Source: Vicinamibacteria bacterium
Lineage (GTDB): Bacteria; Acidobacteriota; Vicinamibacteria; Vicinamibacterales; UBA8438
Length of the DNA: 64,000 nt
NCBI GenBank assembly: GCA_022820825.1
Contig: JAJEEU010000034.1
Coordinates: 5,030 to 69,029, forward strand
Direction: 5' to 3'
Position numbers and translations under genes: made by a program. The notes beneath the pieces were generated by a model, which saw nothing but the letters and a program-made list of their open reading frames with translations, was not told the DNA's origin and did no database searches. Positions 7,921 through 20,033 of this stretch are shown one piece after another (the first letter of the stretch is position 1; every line of letters begins with the position of its first letter).

Positions 7921-9570
7921 ATGGCCTCCATGCGCAATCGTGATGCGTTGAGCGGGATTTCCCGTTTCATGCTCCTCGTTCTTGTGCTGGCGACTACGGC
8001 GGTGGGGGCCGGCGCCGCCGACCTGCCGCTCGTCAGCGCCGCCGCGCAGCAGGACTGGCCGCAGGTACGCACGCTGCTGGCGGAAGGCGCCGACGTCAAC
8101 GAACGCCGCGCCGACGGCGTCTCGGCGCTGCTGTGGGCCGCCCACTGGGACCACGTCGAAACGGTCGAGGCGCTGCTCGCGGCGGGCGCGAACCCCAACG
8201 CCGCCACCGACCACGGCGTGACGCCGCTCATGCGGGCGAGCGAGAACGCCAGCGTCGCGGCAGCCGAAGCGCTGCTGGCCGCCGGCGCGGACCCCGACGC
8301 CGCGCAGACCAGCGGGCTCACGGCGCTCATGATCGCCGCCGACACCGGCGACCGCGACGTGGTGCGCGCCCTGCTCGCCAGCGGGGCCAACGTCAACGCG
8401 GTGACGCCGAGCACCGGGGCAACGGCGCTGATGTGGGCCGTGGAGGCGCCGCATCCTGCTGTCGCGCACATCCTCCTGGAGAGCGCGGCCGACGTGAGCG
8501 TGTCGTCGAAGAAAGGTTTCACGCCGCTGCTGCTCGCGGCGCGCAACGGGGACGTCGAGCTGGCGCGGCTGCTGATCGCGGCGGGCGCCGACGTTAACGA
8601 GCCCGGCTCGGACGGCAGCCACGCGCTGCCGCTGGCCATCATCAGCGGCCACGATGCGTTCGCGATGTTCCTGCTGGAGCAGGGCGCCGATCCGCGCGGC
8701 ACGATCGACGGCGTACCCGCGATCCATGCCGCCGCCGGCGATGTCACTACCTGGCTCGTGGACTGGTACCGGGAACACGGCGGACGCCGGGCGGTGGACG
8801 CCGGCGGGCGCGGGATAAGCGGGCTGAGTCCCGCGCGGCGGCTGCCGCTGGTCGAGGCGCTGCTGGCGCGCGGCGCCGACCCCAATGCGCGGATCGACAA
8901 GTCGGCGGTCGTGCTGAGCTACATCGGAACCACGCGCTACGGCGTATTCGAGCAGAACTCGGTCGGCACCGGGGACGTCCGCGGCGCGACGCCGCTCTGG
9001 GTGGCCGCCAAGTCGTCCAACGGCGGCGGCCTGCAGGGAGAGCAGGGCCCGCCCTCGCAGTACCGCTACGACAGCAGCGCGGACATCATCCGCGCGCTCG
9101 TCGCGGCCGGCGCCGACCCGAACCTCACGACGGACGACGGCACGACCCCGCTCATGATGGCGGCCGGGCTGGGCGTGCGGTCGCACCAGCCGCTCATGCC
9201 GCGCGGCAGGCCGTCGCCCCCGGCCGAGGCAGCCGTGCGGGCGCTGGTCGAAGCGGGCGCGGAGGTCAACGCCAGCAACAACGGAGAATTCACGGCGCTG
9301 CACGGCGCCACGTTCCGCGGCCTCAACGAGGTGATTCAGTACCTCGTAGAGCAGGGCGCCGACATCGACGCGCGCGACTACCGCGGCCGCACTGCGTACC
9401 GGATGGCGGAAGGCGCCAAGCAGTCGTTCCAGTACCAGGCGTTTCCCGAAACCGCGGAGTTCCTCGTGCAGCTCGGAGCCAACCCGCGCCTGGGCATACC
9501 GGGAACCATTCACGAGCGCGCGGACCGGGAAGCGCTCGCCGAGACCGTCGGCGGCTCCGACAGCCGCTGA
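7921..9570 (+). CDS. exported ankyrin-repeat protein (triad 2)
   Basis: 549 aa. Hydrophobic signal FMLLVLVLATTAVGAGAA is followed by DLPLVSAAAQQDWPQVRTLLAEGADVNERRADGVSALLWAAHWDHVE and more than 10 ankyrin repeats. Confidence 0.85.
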   Translation: MASMRNRDALSGISRFMLLVLVLATTAVGAGAADLPLVSAAAQQDWPQVRTLLAEGADVNERRADGVSALLWAAHWDHVETVEALLAAGANPNAATDHGVTPLMRASENASVAAAEALLAAGADPDAAQTSGLTALMIAADTGDRDVVRALLASGANVNAVTPSTGATALMWAVEAPHPAVAHILLESAADVSVSSKKGFTPLLLAARNGDVELARLLIAAGADVNEPGSDGSHALPLAIISGHDAFAMFLLEQGADPRGTIDGVPAIHAAAGDVTTWLVDWYREHGGRRAVDAGGRGISGLSPARRLPLVEALLARGADPNARIDKSAVVLSYIGTTRYGVFEQNSVGTGDVRGATPLWVAAKSSNGGGLQGEQGPPSQYRYDSSADIIRALVAAGADPNLTTDDGTTPLMMAAGLGVRSHQPLMPRGRPSPPAEAAVRALVEAGAEVNASNNGEFTALHGATFRGLNEVIQYLVEQGADIDARDYRGRTAYRMAEGAKQSFQYQAFPETAEFLVQLGANPRLGIPGTIHERADREALAETVGGSDSR

Positions 9571-9585
9571 GCCACGGGCCGCCAT

Positions 9586-12009
9586 ATGCCGCCGCGCATC
9601 GCGATCGTCATCGGCGGCACGCTGGCCTTCGTGGCCGGCGCCGCCGCGGAGACCGCCGCCCAGGCGCCCTCGCGCGCGCTCCTCGACCGCTACTGCATCA
9701 CCTGCCACAACGAGCGGCTGCAGACCGCGAACCTGGTGCTGGATCGCGTCGATCTCGACAGGGTCGGCGACCATGCCGAAGCCCTCGAAAAGGTCGTGCG
9801 CAAGCTGCGCGCCGGGCAGATGCCGCCGGAGGGCCGTCCGCGGCCCGCGCGCGAGGATGTCGAGACGTTCGTCGCGGCGCTGGAGACGGCGCTCGATCGC
9901 GAGGCCGCGGGCCGGGTCGCGCCGGGCCGCGTCGCGTCGCGGCGGTTGAACCGGGTCGAGTACGTCAACGCCATCGAGGATCTGCTGGATCTGCAGGTCG
10001 ACGGGAACGAGCTCCTCCCGAGCGACATGGCGGGGTTCGGGTTCGACAACAACGCGGAAGTGCTGGCGATGACGCCGTCGCTCATGGCGCGCTACATCGC
10101 GGCCGCGACGAAGATCAGCCGGATGGCCGTGGGGAGCCCGGACAACAGCCCCGACGGCCGTCTCTATACGCTCGGCTTCGAGCAGCAGGACGAGCGCATG
10201 CACGAGGACATGCCGTTCGGCACCCACGGCGGACTCGCCGCGCGGCACATCTTTCCGCTCGACGGCGAGTACCTCTTCTCGATTCGCATGGAGCGCGGCC
10301 TGGGCGATACCAGCGGCCGTGTCAGGGGCATCGCCGAGGACGCCCACGACATCGAGCTGCGGATCGACCATGCGCTGGTCGAGCGCTGGAGCATCGGTGG
10401 CAGGTTCCCCGGGCAGATACCGGGGCTCGCCATCGCCGACGACGACGTCAGGTCGCTCCGGACCCATGAATACCGCATGACGGCGGACCACGGCATGGAC
10501 ATCCGCCTGCAGGTGGAGGCCGGCCAGCGGCTGGTGAGCGTGGCCTTCACCGATTCGAACCCCTCGCCCGTGGACGGGGTCTACGGCCGGCCGGGGATCT
10601 ACAGCCTGTTCATCGCCGGCCCCTACGACGGGACCGTTCCCGACGAGACGCCGAGCCGCGCGCGGATCTTCATCTGCCGGCCGGCCGGCGCCGCAGCGGA
10701 AGACGAGGCGGACTGCGCGCGCGAGATCCTGGGCACGCTGGCGCGGCGGGCCTACCGGCGGCCGGTGACGGAGCGCGATCTGGACGTCCTGCTGCCGTTC
10801 TACGAGGACGGCCGGCAGGAGCGCGACTTCGAGTACGGGATCGAACGCGGGCTCGAGGCGATACTGTCGATGCCGGAGTTCCTGCTGCGGGCGGAGCGGC
10901 AGCCGGCCGGCGTCGCCGCGGGCGAGCCGTACCGCCTGTCGGACCTGGAGCTGGCCTCCCGCCTCTCGTTCTTCCTGTGGCGCAGCATTCCGGACGACGA
11001 GCTGCTGGATGTCGCCGCGGCGGGCCGGTTGAACGATCCGGACGTGCTCGACCGGCAGGTGCGGCGGATGCTGGCCGATCGGAAGGCCGTCCGCTTCATG
11101 AACGACTTCGTCGGCCAGTGGCTGCAGGTGCGCAACATCAACGAGCAGTCGCCGGACGGCGGCCTGTTCGCGCAGTTCAACGACACGCTCCGCAAGGCCA
11201 TGGTCAGCGAGACGGAGCTGTTCTTCCGGAGCCAGGTGCGCGACGACCGGCCGATCCCCGAGCTGCTGCGGGCCGACTACACCTATCTGAACGCGCAGCT
11301 CGCGGGGCACTACGGCATCGACGGCGTGTACGGCAGCCGCTTCCGCCGCGTCGAGCTCGACGACGACCGGCGCCACGGCCTGCTGGGGCACGCCAGCATC
11401 CTGACCATCACCTCGTATGCGAACCGCACGTCGGTCGTGCTGCGCGGCAAGTGGATGCTGGAGAACATCCTCGGCGCCCCGCCGCCGGCGCCGCCGCCCA
11501 ACGTCCCGCCCCTGGAAGAGAACGACCCCGCCGGCGAGCCGACCTCGCTGCGCGCGAAGATGGAGCAGCACCGCGACAACCCGGTATGCGCGAGCTGCCA
11601 CGCGATGATCGACCCGCTGGGGTTCGCGCTGGAGCACTACGACGCGATCGGCCGCTGGCGCGAGACGGACCGGGGCGCACCCATCAACGCGACGATCGAC
11701 TGGCGCGGGCAGACCATCGACAGTCCGCGCGCCTTTCGCGAAGCGCTGCTGGGCCGGGGCGCCACCTTCGTGGATACGGTCGCCGAGAAGCTGCTTACCT
11801 ATGCGCTGGGGCGCGGCCTGAGCTACCGGGACGCGCCGACAGTCCGGCAGCTCGTGCGCGACATCGCACGGGACGGGCAGCGCTGGTCGTCGCTGATCAA
11901 CGGCATTGTCGCCAGCACGCCGTTCCGGATGCGGCAGGCACCACCTGCCGCCGGGCTCGTCGCCTCCGCGGAGGTTGCGGATTCGGCGCGGCGGAGCGAT
12001 AATCGCTAG
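9586..12009 (+). CDS. DUF1592/DUF1588/DUF1585-type di-haem cytochrome c domain protein (triad 2)
   Basis: 807 aa. RYCITCHNERLQTANLVLD and NPVCASCHAMIDPLGFALEHYDAIGRWR carry the two CxxCH motifs. It is collinear with the paralogs at 2732, 25449 and 36073. Confidence 0.85.
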   Translation: MPPRIAIVIGGTLAFVAGAAAETAAQAPSRALLDRYCITCHNERLQTANLVLDRVDLDRVGDHAEALEKVVRKLRAGQMPPEGRPRPAREDVETFVAALETALDREAAGRVAPGRVASRRLNRVEYVNAIEDLLDLQVDGNELLPSDMAGFGFDNNAEVLAMTPSLMARYIAAATKISRMAVGSPDNSPDGRLYTLGFEQQDERMHEDMPFGTHGGLAARHIFPLDGEYLFSIRMERGLGDTSGRVRGIAEDAHDIELRIDHALVERWSIGGRFPGQIPGLAIADDDVRSLRTHEYRMTADHGMDIRLQVEAGQRLVSVAFTDSNPSPVDGVYGRPGIYSLFIAGPYDGTVPDETPSRARIFICRPAGAAAEDEADCAREILGTLARRAYRRPVTERDLDVLLPFYEDGRQERDFEYGIERGLEAILSMPEFLLRAERQPAGVAAGEPYRLSDLELASRLSFFLWRSIPDDELLDVAAAGRLNDPDVLDRQVRRMLADRKAVRFMNDFVGQWLQVRNINEQSPDGGLFAQFNDTLRKAMVSETELFFRSQVRDDRPIPELLRADYTYLNAQLAGHYGIDGVYGSRFRRVELDDDRRHGLLGHASILTITSYANRTSVVLRGKWMLENILGAPPPAPPPNVPPLEENDPAGEPTSLRAKMEQHRDNPVCASCHAMIDPLGFALEHYDAIGRWRETDRGAPINATIDWRGQTIDSPRAFREALLGRGATFVDTVAEKLLTYALGRGLSYRDAPTVRQLVRDIARDGQRWSSLINGIVASTPFRMRQAPPAAGLVASAEVADSARRSDNR

Positions 12010-12038
12010 TCGACGGTCGCTTGGAGAGGAAGCGCCCC

Positions 12039-13385
12039 ATGTTTATCGCCAGGAAGCACTTGCCGCGGCGCACGGTGTTGAGAGGTTTGGGAACGGCGCT
12101 TGCGCTGCCCTTCCTCGACAGCATGGTGCCGGCCCTGACGGCACTTAGCAAGACCGCGGCCGCCCCGGTGAGACGGTTCGGGGTCTTCTACGTGCCCAAC
12201 GGCATGTCGATGCCGTTCTGGTCGCCCGAGCGCGAGGGCCCGCTCGACGAGCTGCCGCCCATCCTGCGCTCGCTCAACGACCTCAAGGAGCACGTGCTCA
12301 TGTGCGGCGGCCTCGACGACGAGGCGGCCAACATGGTGAAGGGCGGCGGCGACCACTCGCGCTCGGCCGGGACCTTCCTGACCTGCGTGCCGTACAAGCT
12401 CACCGCCGGCGCCGACGTGTACGCCGCGGTGTCGATGGACCAGATCGCGGCGCGCGAGCTCGGCAAGCAGACGCAGTTGACCTCGCTGGAGCTCGGCATC
12501 GAGTCGAACTCGATGCTCGGGTCGTGCGACGGCGGCGCAAGCTGCGCGTACACGAACACGGTGGCCTGGCGCACGCCGACCACGCCGCTGCCGATCGAGA
12601 ACAATCCGCGCGCCGTCTTCGAGCGGCTGTTCGGCGCGAGCGGCACGACCGACCCCGAAGCGCGGCAGGCACGCATGCGCCGGGACCGCAGCCTGCTCGA
12701 CGCGGTAAACGGCGAGCTGAAGCACCTCGGCCTGTCCCTCGGAGCGGGCGACCAGGTCAAGCTGGACGAGTATCTCGAGGCGGTGCGCGACGCCGAGCGC
12801 CGGATCCAGTTGGCGGAACGCCAGAGCGCGACGGAGCTTCCCGTTGTGGACCGGCCGATCGGCACGCCGAGCGATTACGCCGAGCATGCGAAGCTGCTGA
12901 TGGACCTGCTGGCCCTGGCGTATCAGACGGACATGACGCGCATCAGCACCTTCATGCTGGCGCGCGAGGTGAGCTCGCGGGCGTATCCCGAGATCGGCGT
13001 CTCGGATTCGCACCATCCGCTGTCCCACCACCAGGACCGCCCGATCAACCTCCAGCGGCTGGGCGTGCTCAACGAGTACCACTTCCGGCAGTTCGCCCAC
13101 CTCGTCAAGCGGCTTGCGGAGACGCCTGAAGGCGACGGGACGATGCTCGACTCCACGCTGTTCCTGTACGGGACGGGGATCAGCGACAGCAACACCCACT
13201 TCCACGAGGATCTGCCGATTGCCCTGATCGGCGGCAGGTCGACGGGGATCACCGGCGGGCGCTACGTGCGCTATGCGGAGGGCACGCCGCTGGCGAACCT
13301 GCACACGACCGTCCTCGAGATGCTGGGCACACCCGTCGAGAGCTTCGGGGACAGCACCGGCAGACTCAAGCGCCTGTCGGTGTAG
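12039..13385 (+). CDS. DUF1552 (HxxSHH) family protein (triad 2)
   Basis: Start re-called to MFIARKHLPRRTVLRGLGTALALPFLDSM, with GGAGAGGA 8 nt upstream. Motif SDSHHPLSHHQD is present. It is paralogous to the other three DUF1552 genes. Confidence 0.85.
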   Translation: MFIARKHLPRRTVLRGLGTALALPFLDSMVPALTALSKTAAAPVRRFGVFYVPNGMSMPFWSPEREGPLDELPPILRSLNDLKEHVLMCGGLDDEAANMVKGGGDHSRSAGTFLTCVPYKLTAGADVYAAVSMDQIAARELGKQTQLTSLELGIESNSMLGSCDGGASCAYTNTVAWRTPTTPLPIENNPRAVFERLFGASGTTDPEARQARMRRDRSLLDAVNGELKHLGLSLGAGDQVKLDEYLEAVRDAERRIQLAERQSATELPVVDRPIGTPSDYAEHAKLLMDLLALAYQTDMTRISTFMLAREVSSRAYPEIGVSDSHHPLSHHQDRPINLQRLGVLNEYHFRQFAHLVKRLAETPEGDGTMLDSTLFLYGTGISDSNTHFHEDLPIALIGGRSTGITGGRYVRYAEGTPLANLHTTVLEMLGTPVESFGDSTGRLKRLSV

Positions 13386-13397
13386 GGCCGGGACCGG

Positions 13398-13766
13398 TCA
13401 CCTGCACGCCGCGCAGCGGCCAAAGAGAATCAGCTCGTGGCCGTCGACCTCGAAGCCCTCGGGCGCCAGCTCCTTGACTCCATCGGGACACCGCAGGACA
13501 TCGAACGCCTGATCGCAGCAGCGACACAGGAAGTGGTGGTGATGCGGGCGCGCGGCCAACTCGTACCGCAGCCCGCCGCCGGGAAGATCCACTTCCGATA
13601 ACCACCCCTCGCCAGCCAGGGCCTTCACGTTCCGGTAGACGGTCGCCAACCCGAGCGACGGCACGATCCGCTGGCCGTGCTCGAGGACCTCGTCCGGCGT
13701 CAGGGGACGCTCGACGCTCATGAACACGCGGCGGATCGCCGTGCGCTGACGGGTGTCTCGTTGCAT
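13398..13766 (-). CDS. Fur family transcriptional regulator (Fur/Zur/PerR-like)
   Basis: 122 aa. TRQRTAIRRVF...GLATVYRNVKAL forms the winged helix. HHHHFLCRCC and GRCAAC give two CxxC pairs typical of the Fur structural Zn site. Confidence 0.85.
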   Translation of the reverse strand: MQRDTRQRTAIRRVFMSVERPLTPDEVLEHGQRIVPSLGLATVYRNVKALAGEGWLSEVDLPGGGLRYELAARPHHHHFLCRCCDQAFDVLRCPDGVKELAPEGFEVDGHELILFGRCAACR

Positions 13767-13822
13767 TGCGGCGGGCGATCAAGGGACGGTTGCGAGGGAA
13801 TCATTCATGGTGTCGCGTCGAC

Positions 13823-13840
13823 ATGATAATGCATTCTCAT
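13823..13840. promoter_or_regulatory. Fur-box-like imperfect palindrome ATGATAAT-GC-ATTCTCAT
   Basis: It sits in an AT-rich patch between the divergent Fur-family gene (start 13766) and the RND gene (start 14091). There is one mismatch between the arms. It resembles the GATAATGATAATCATTATC-type Fur operator. Confidence 0.5.
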
Positions 13841-13984
13841 GCCAGTGTCACGCCCCCTGCGCCTGGCCCCCGCGGCGACGAATCCGCCATAATGAGAAGT
13901 TACGTCGCGCGGACTGCGCGCGGTATGGCAAGCACGTCTGAACCGCCCTGCCGGTTGCATGTGGAAGGGGACGGTGTGCACCGA

Positions 13985-14090
13985 GCAGCCGTCCCCAGGC
14001 CGCGCACAGCGCGGCCCGGCGGCAGCGGCGCGGGGCTATGGGGTCCCCGCTAGCAGCCGCCGGGGGTTTGGGGCGCAGCCCCATCTAACA
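13985..14090 (-). repeat. structured GC-rich repeat, copy B
   Basis: The reverse complement reads TGTTAGATGGGGCTGCGCCCCAAACCCCCGGCGGCTGCTAGCGGGGACCCCATAGCCCCGCGCCGCTGCCGCCGGGCCGCGCTGTGCGCGGCCTGGGGACGGC. Its terminus CCATCTAACA directly abuts the RND ATG at 14091. Confidence 0.85.
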
Positions 14091-17282
<3,192 letters not shown>

Positions 17283-17370
17283 ATTGGCCCTCGACTGCGG
17301 GCCTGGACCGGCCGTATCATGGACCAGTCGCACCGTGTGGGAGCATGCGCAGCGTGAAGGAGGGACGCAG

Positions 17371-18351
17371 ATGACTGGACGATTCTTCGCAGCCGTGTTC
17401 GTCGTATTCGCCGTCCTGCTGCTCGCGGCGGGCGCTGCCCGCGCCCAATCCGACGCGGCGCCGAGGACCGCGTGGGGGGCGCCGGACCTGCAGGGCGTCT
17501 GGGACTTCCGCAGCCTGACGCCGATGCAGCGTCCGGAGGAGTACGCCGCCGGCGAAGTGCTCACCGCCGAGGAGGCCGCGGCTTTCTCGCAGGAGGTCAT
17601 CGCGAGCCGCAGCCGCGACTCGGAGACCTCGGACCGCGCCGCGCGGGCCGCGCAGGGCGACATCATTCCCTACAACGACTTCTGGTTCGACGAAGGCACG
17701 TCGGTCACGCGGGACCGGCCGTCGCTCATCGTGGACCCGCCCGACGGACGGCTGCCGGCCTATACGGCGGCCAAGCGCCGGGAGCTCGACGAGCTGGCGC
17801 GCGCCCGCCGGGGCGTGTCGAGCCACGAGCCGACGCCGGGCGGCTTCGTCGAGGACCTGGGACCGGGCGGCTTGCAGGTGCGCTGCATCCTCGGCTTCAA
17901 CTCCGGACCGCCGATGGAACCGAGCGGCTACAACACCAACGTGCAGCTCTTCCAGACCGAGGACCACGTGGTGCTGCTCACCGAGATGGTCCACGACGCG
18001 CGCATCGTGCCGCTCGACGAGCGTCCCACCCTGCCCGCGGCGTTGCGCCAATGGCGGGGAGACTCGCGCGGCTACTGGGACGGCGACGCGCTGGTCGTGG
18101 AAACCACGAACTTCCTGCGCGAGACGAACTTCCTGCAGGATGAAGCCGGCCGGCACCTCAAGCTGACCGAGCGCTTCACGCGCGCCGACGCCGACACCCT
18201 GCTCTACCGCGTCACGGTCGACGATCCCACCACGTGGGTCAGACCCTGGACCTACGAGGTGCCGATGCAGCGGAATCCGCACCCGCTGTACGAGTACGCC
18301 TGCCACGAAGGCAACTACGGGCTGTACAACATCCTTTCCGGCGCGCCGTAG
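17371..18351 (+). CDS. secreted 'YACHEGN' family protein, paralog 2 of 7
   Basis: RBS GAAGGAGGG precedes the start MTGRFFAAVFVVFAVLLLAAGAARA. Motifs: PRTAWGAPDLQGVW, SLIVDPPDGRLP, VRCI, EMVHDARIVPLDERP, SRGYWDGDALVVET, YEYACHEGNYG. Confidence 0.85.
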   Translation: MTGRFFAAVFVVFAVLLLAAGAARAQSDAAPRTAWGAPDLQGVWDFRSLTPMQRPEEYAAGEVLTAEEAAAFSQEVIASRSRDSETSDRAARAAQGDIIPYNDFWFDEGTSVTRDRPSLIVDPPDGRLPAYTAAKRRELDELARARRGVSSHEPTPGGFVEDLGPGGLQVRCILGFNSGPPMEPSGYNTNVQLFQTEDHVVLLTEMVHDARIVPLDERPTLPAALRQWRGDSRGYWDGDALVVETTNFLRETNFLQDEAGRHLKLTERFTRADADTLLYRVTVDDPTTWVRPWTYEVPMQRNPHPLYEYACHEGNYGLYNILSGAP

Positions 18352-18507
18352 CTCGCTGCGCCGGTGGCGGTCGGCGAGCAGGCTCTATCGCGATAGCGAC
18401 AGATTACGACCGTGAGCCGTCAGTCTTGAAGGGTCCACCCGTCCGTGGTAGAGTGGTTTCAATCCGTGATCGCGGAGGGGGATGGCCCGTGCGGGCCAGC
18501 GTGGGGG

Positions 18508-18530
18508 AAGCCGGCCTTGGCCGGCTTTTT
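18508..18530 (+). terminator. intrinsic terminator-like hairpin AAGCCGGC-CTTG-GCCGGCTT followed by a T-run
   Basis: 8-bp GC-rich stem, tetraloop and TTTTT on the plus strand, 157 nt after the stop of the CDS ending at 18351. A second hairpin GGCCCG-TG-CGGGCC lies at 18484-18497. Confidence 0.6.
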
Positions 18531-18535
18531 CCATT

Positions 18536-19345
18536 TCAGGTGAGCAAGACCCTCCCATAGCCACGGATTCTGCCGTCGTAGCGCTTGCGGTTGTACTTCG
18601 CTGTCGCAACCGCGATGAGCCGCTCGGCGAATGGTCCGCCGAGCGAGTCGATTCTATCCCGCTCCCGCAGGACGTCCCTCTTCACCGGATGGGCCAGGAT
18701 GTCGGCGACCTGCAGACCCGCGATGTTGAGCATCTTGGGCTTGACCTTAAGCTCTCTCGACGTCAGCGTGGTCTGCGCCTGACTGCTCGACAGGTAGACC
18801 GTCCCATTATTCCAGATGGACCGGAATTCATCCTCCAGCGTCCTGTCTTCCCTCTTGCCTCTGGCCTCGACCAAGACATCGCCGGCCGCACCGAGGAATT
18901 CGAGCAGACCGCAGTAGCGCTCAAGCATGGCCGTCAGGCAGTAGTGGTAGGCATGAGTCAAGTGCCCGTACCCCCTTCCGCCATGCGTGAACTTGTCGAT
19001 GACGACGCCGAAAACGGTGATGGGAGCAGCCTCAACCAGTTCGATCAGAGCGTCGTCGAACGCCGCGCCGGCATCGTCATCGCGAAGGACATGGAACGGC
19101 CCGCGCCGGTGGACAATATCCTCGCGATGCAGGATCGGCGGCGTATCGGGGTCGTATGGAAGATACGCCCGCTTGACTTGCTCCACGGAGAACTGCAGGC
19201 GAGCGTAGTCCTCCCCCATTCGCACCATCACGCCGAGCAGGCACATGTAGCGGCGGCCCACCGGGTCGGTCTCCAACCTGGACCGCGCATGGTCGCCAGC
19301 TTCGTCGATGTAGAGCCGATAACGGTCGCTTGGCGCTGGCCTCAA
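18536..19345 (-). CDS. DUF3800-like protein
   Basis: 269 aa. The N-terminal YRLYIDEAGD and C-terminal GLQVADILAHP resemble the DUF3800 signature (YIDESG ... ADxxA). GC content is visibly lower than in the flanks. Confidence 0.55.
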   Translation of the reverse strand: MRPAPSDRYRLYIDEAGDHARSRLETDPVGRRYMCLLGVMVRMGEDYARLQFSVEQVKRAYLPYDPDTPPILHREDIVHRRGPFHVLRDDDAGAAFDDALIELVEAAPITVFGVVIDKFTHGGRGYGHLTHAYHYCLTAMLERYCGLLEFLGAAGDVLVEARGKREDRTLEDEFRSIWNNGTVYLSSSQAQTTLTSRELKVKPKMLNIAGLQVADILAHPVKRDVLRERDRIDSLGGPFAERLIAVATAKYNRKRYDGRIRGYGRVLLT

Positions 19346-19720
19346 GGCGAGAGGATTGTACCGTCCTTCCTCGCGCCATCGGCGCAGCCTGTCTTGTTCT
19401 TCGGCGACACACCGAACGAGTGCCGATCCGAGTTCCTGCGCGGCCCAGACGGCGAACTACCGATCCGGTTCGTCCTCGGCTGCGCTGCGGCGTAACGCTG
19501 TCTCCGCCCTCTTCGCGCAACACTCGGGTCCCGTGTTGCGCGCCCCTCAGTATCAGTCCCGCGAAAAAAGCAACAATCTACAATTTCATCCGCCGCATGT
19601 CAGAAGTGCTTCCGAATGCGATCGTCGAAGATGAAGCCGCGGCGCACCACGCTAAGGGTGTCGGTGCCGGACTTCTGGTAGAGCAGCATCAGGTTCGGAT
19701 GTTCGGATCGTGCCCAGGGC

Positions 19721-20005
19721 TCACCTATCGGCGTGTACAAGGCCGACGGTGAGCCGTGTGCCGGTCGCTTCGGCGTACCGGCGCAAGGTCTTGAAGGACG
19801 GCGACACCCGGCCGCCCTCCAGGCGTGCGATGGCGGATTGGGTTGTGCCGAGCCGTCGGGCGAGTTCCACCTGCGTGAGCTTCGCCGTCATGCGGGCACG
19901 AACCAGAGCCTCGATGAGCGTGAACTCGTCATCGACCCGAGCGTACTCCTCCCGAAATTCAGGATCCTCCAAGAGGCGGTTCTTCAGGTCCTTCAGTTTC
20001 GTCAT
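19721..20005 (-). CDS. XRE-family helix-turn-helix protein (HigA-like antitoxin), with no intact partner toxin
   Basis: Start re-called to MTKLKDLKNRLLEDPEFREEYARVDDEF. The HTH is MTAKLTQVELARRLGTTQSAIARLEGG. The upstream gap is only 28 nt, and downstream there is only a short degenerate frame. Confidence 0.7.
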   Translation of the reverse strand: MTKLKDLKNRLLEDPEFREEYARVDDEFTLIEALVRARMTAKLTQVELARRLGTTQSAIARLEGGRVSPSFKTLRRYAEATGTRLTVGLVHADR

Positions 20006-20033
20006 GGCATTACCGCAGAAGCCGCAGGAGGCG

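Noticed and set aside
7774-11637. Very long ORFs in the track, for example 7774..11637(-) 1287 aa, 14085..17666(-) 1193 aa, 1284..2738(+), 5142..6929(+), 36196..38781(+), 40662..43586(+) and 60813..62663(+)
   Set aside because: They are antisense shadows of well-supported genes. Their translations are Arg/Ala/Gly/Pro-rich low-complexity strings with no motifs, as expected in high-GC DNA where stops are rare.
18440-18480. tRNA-like fragment (CCGTGGTAGAGTGGTTTCAATCCGTGATCGCGG) as a possible integration site
   Set aside because: I could not fold it into a cloverleaf or a credible tRNA 3' half by hand. There is no acceptor stem or CCA context and no integrase nearby. It is kept only as a note inside the structured-UTR finding.
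19600-19760. Possible toxin remnant downstream of the XRE gene (frame reading ...EHPNLMLLYQKSGTDTLSVVRRGFIFDDRIRKHF*)
   Set aside because: Only about 29 codons follow an ATG. The frame overlaps the antitoxin 3' end, and I cannot assign it to a toxin family from sequence alone.
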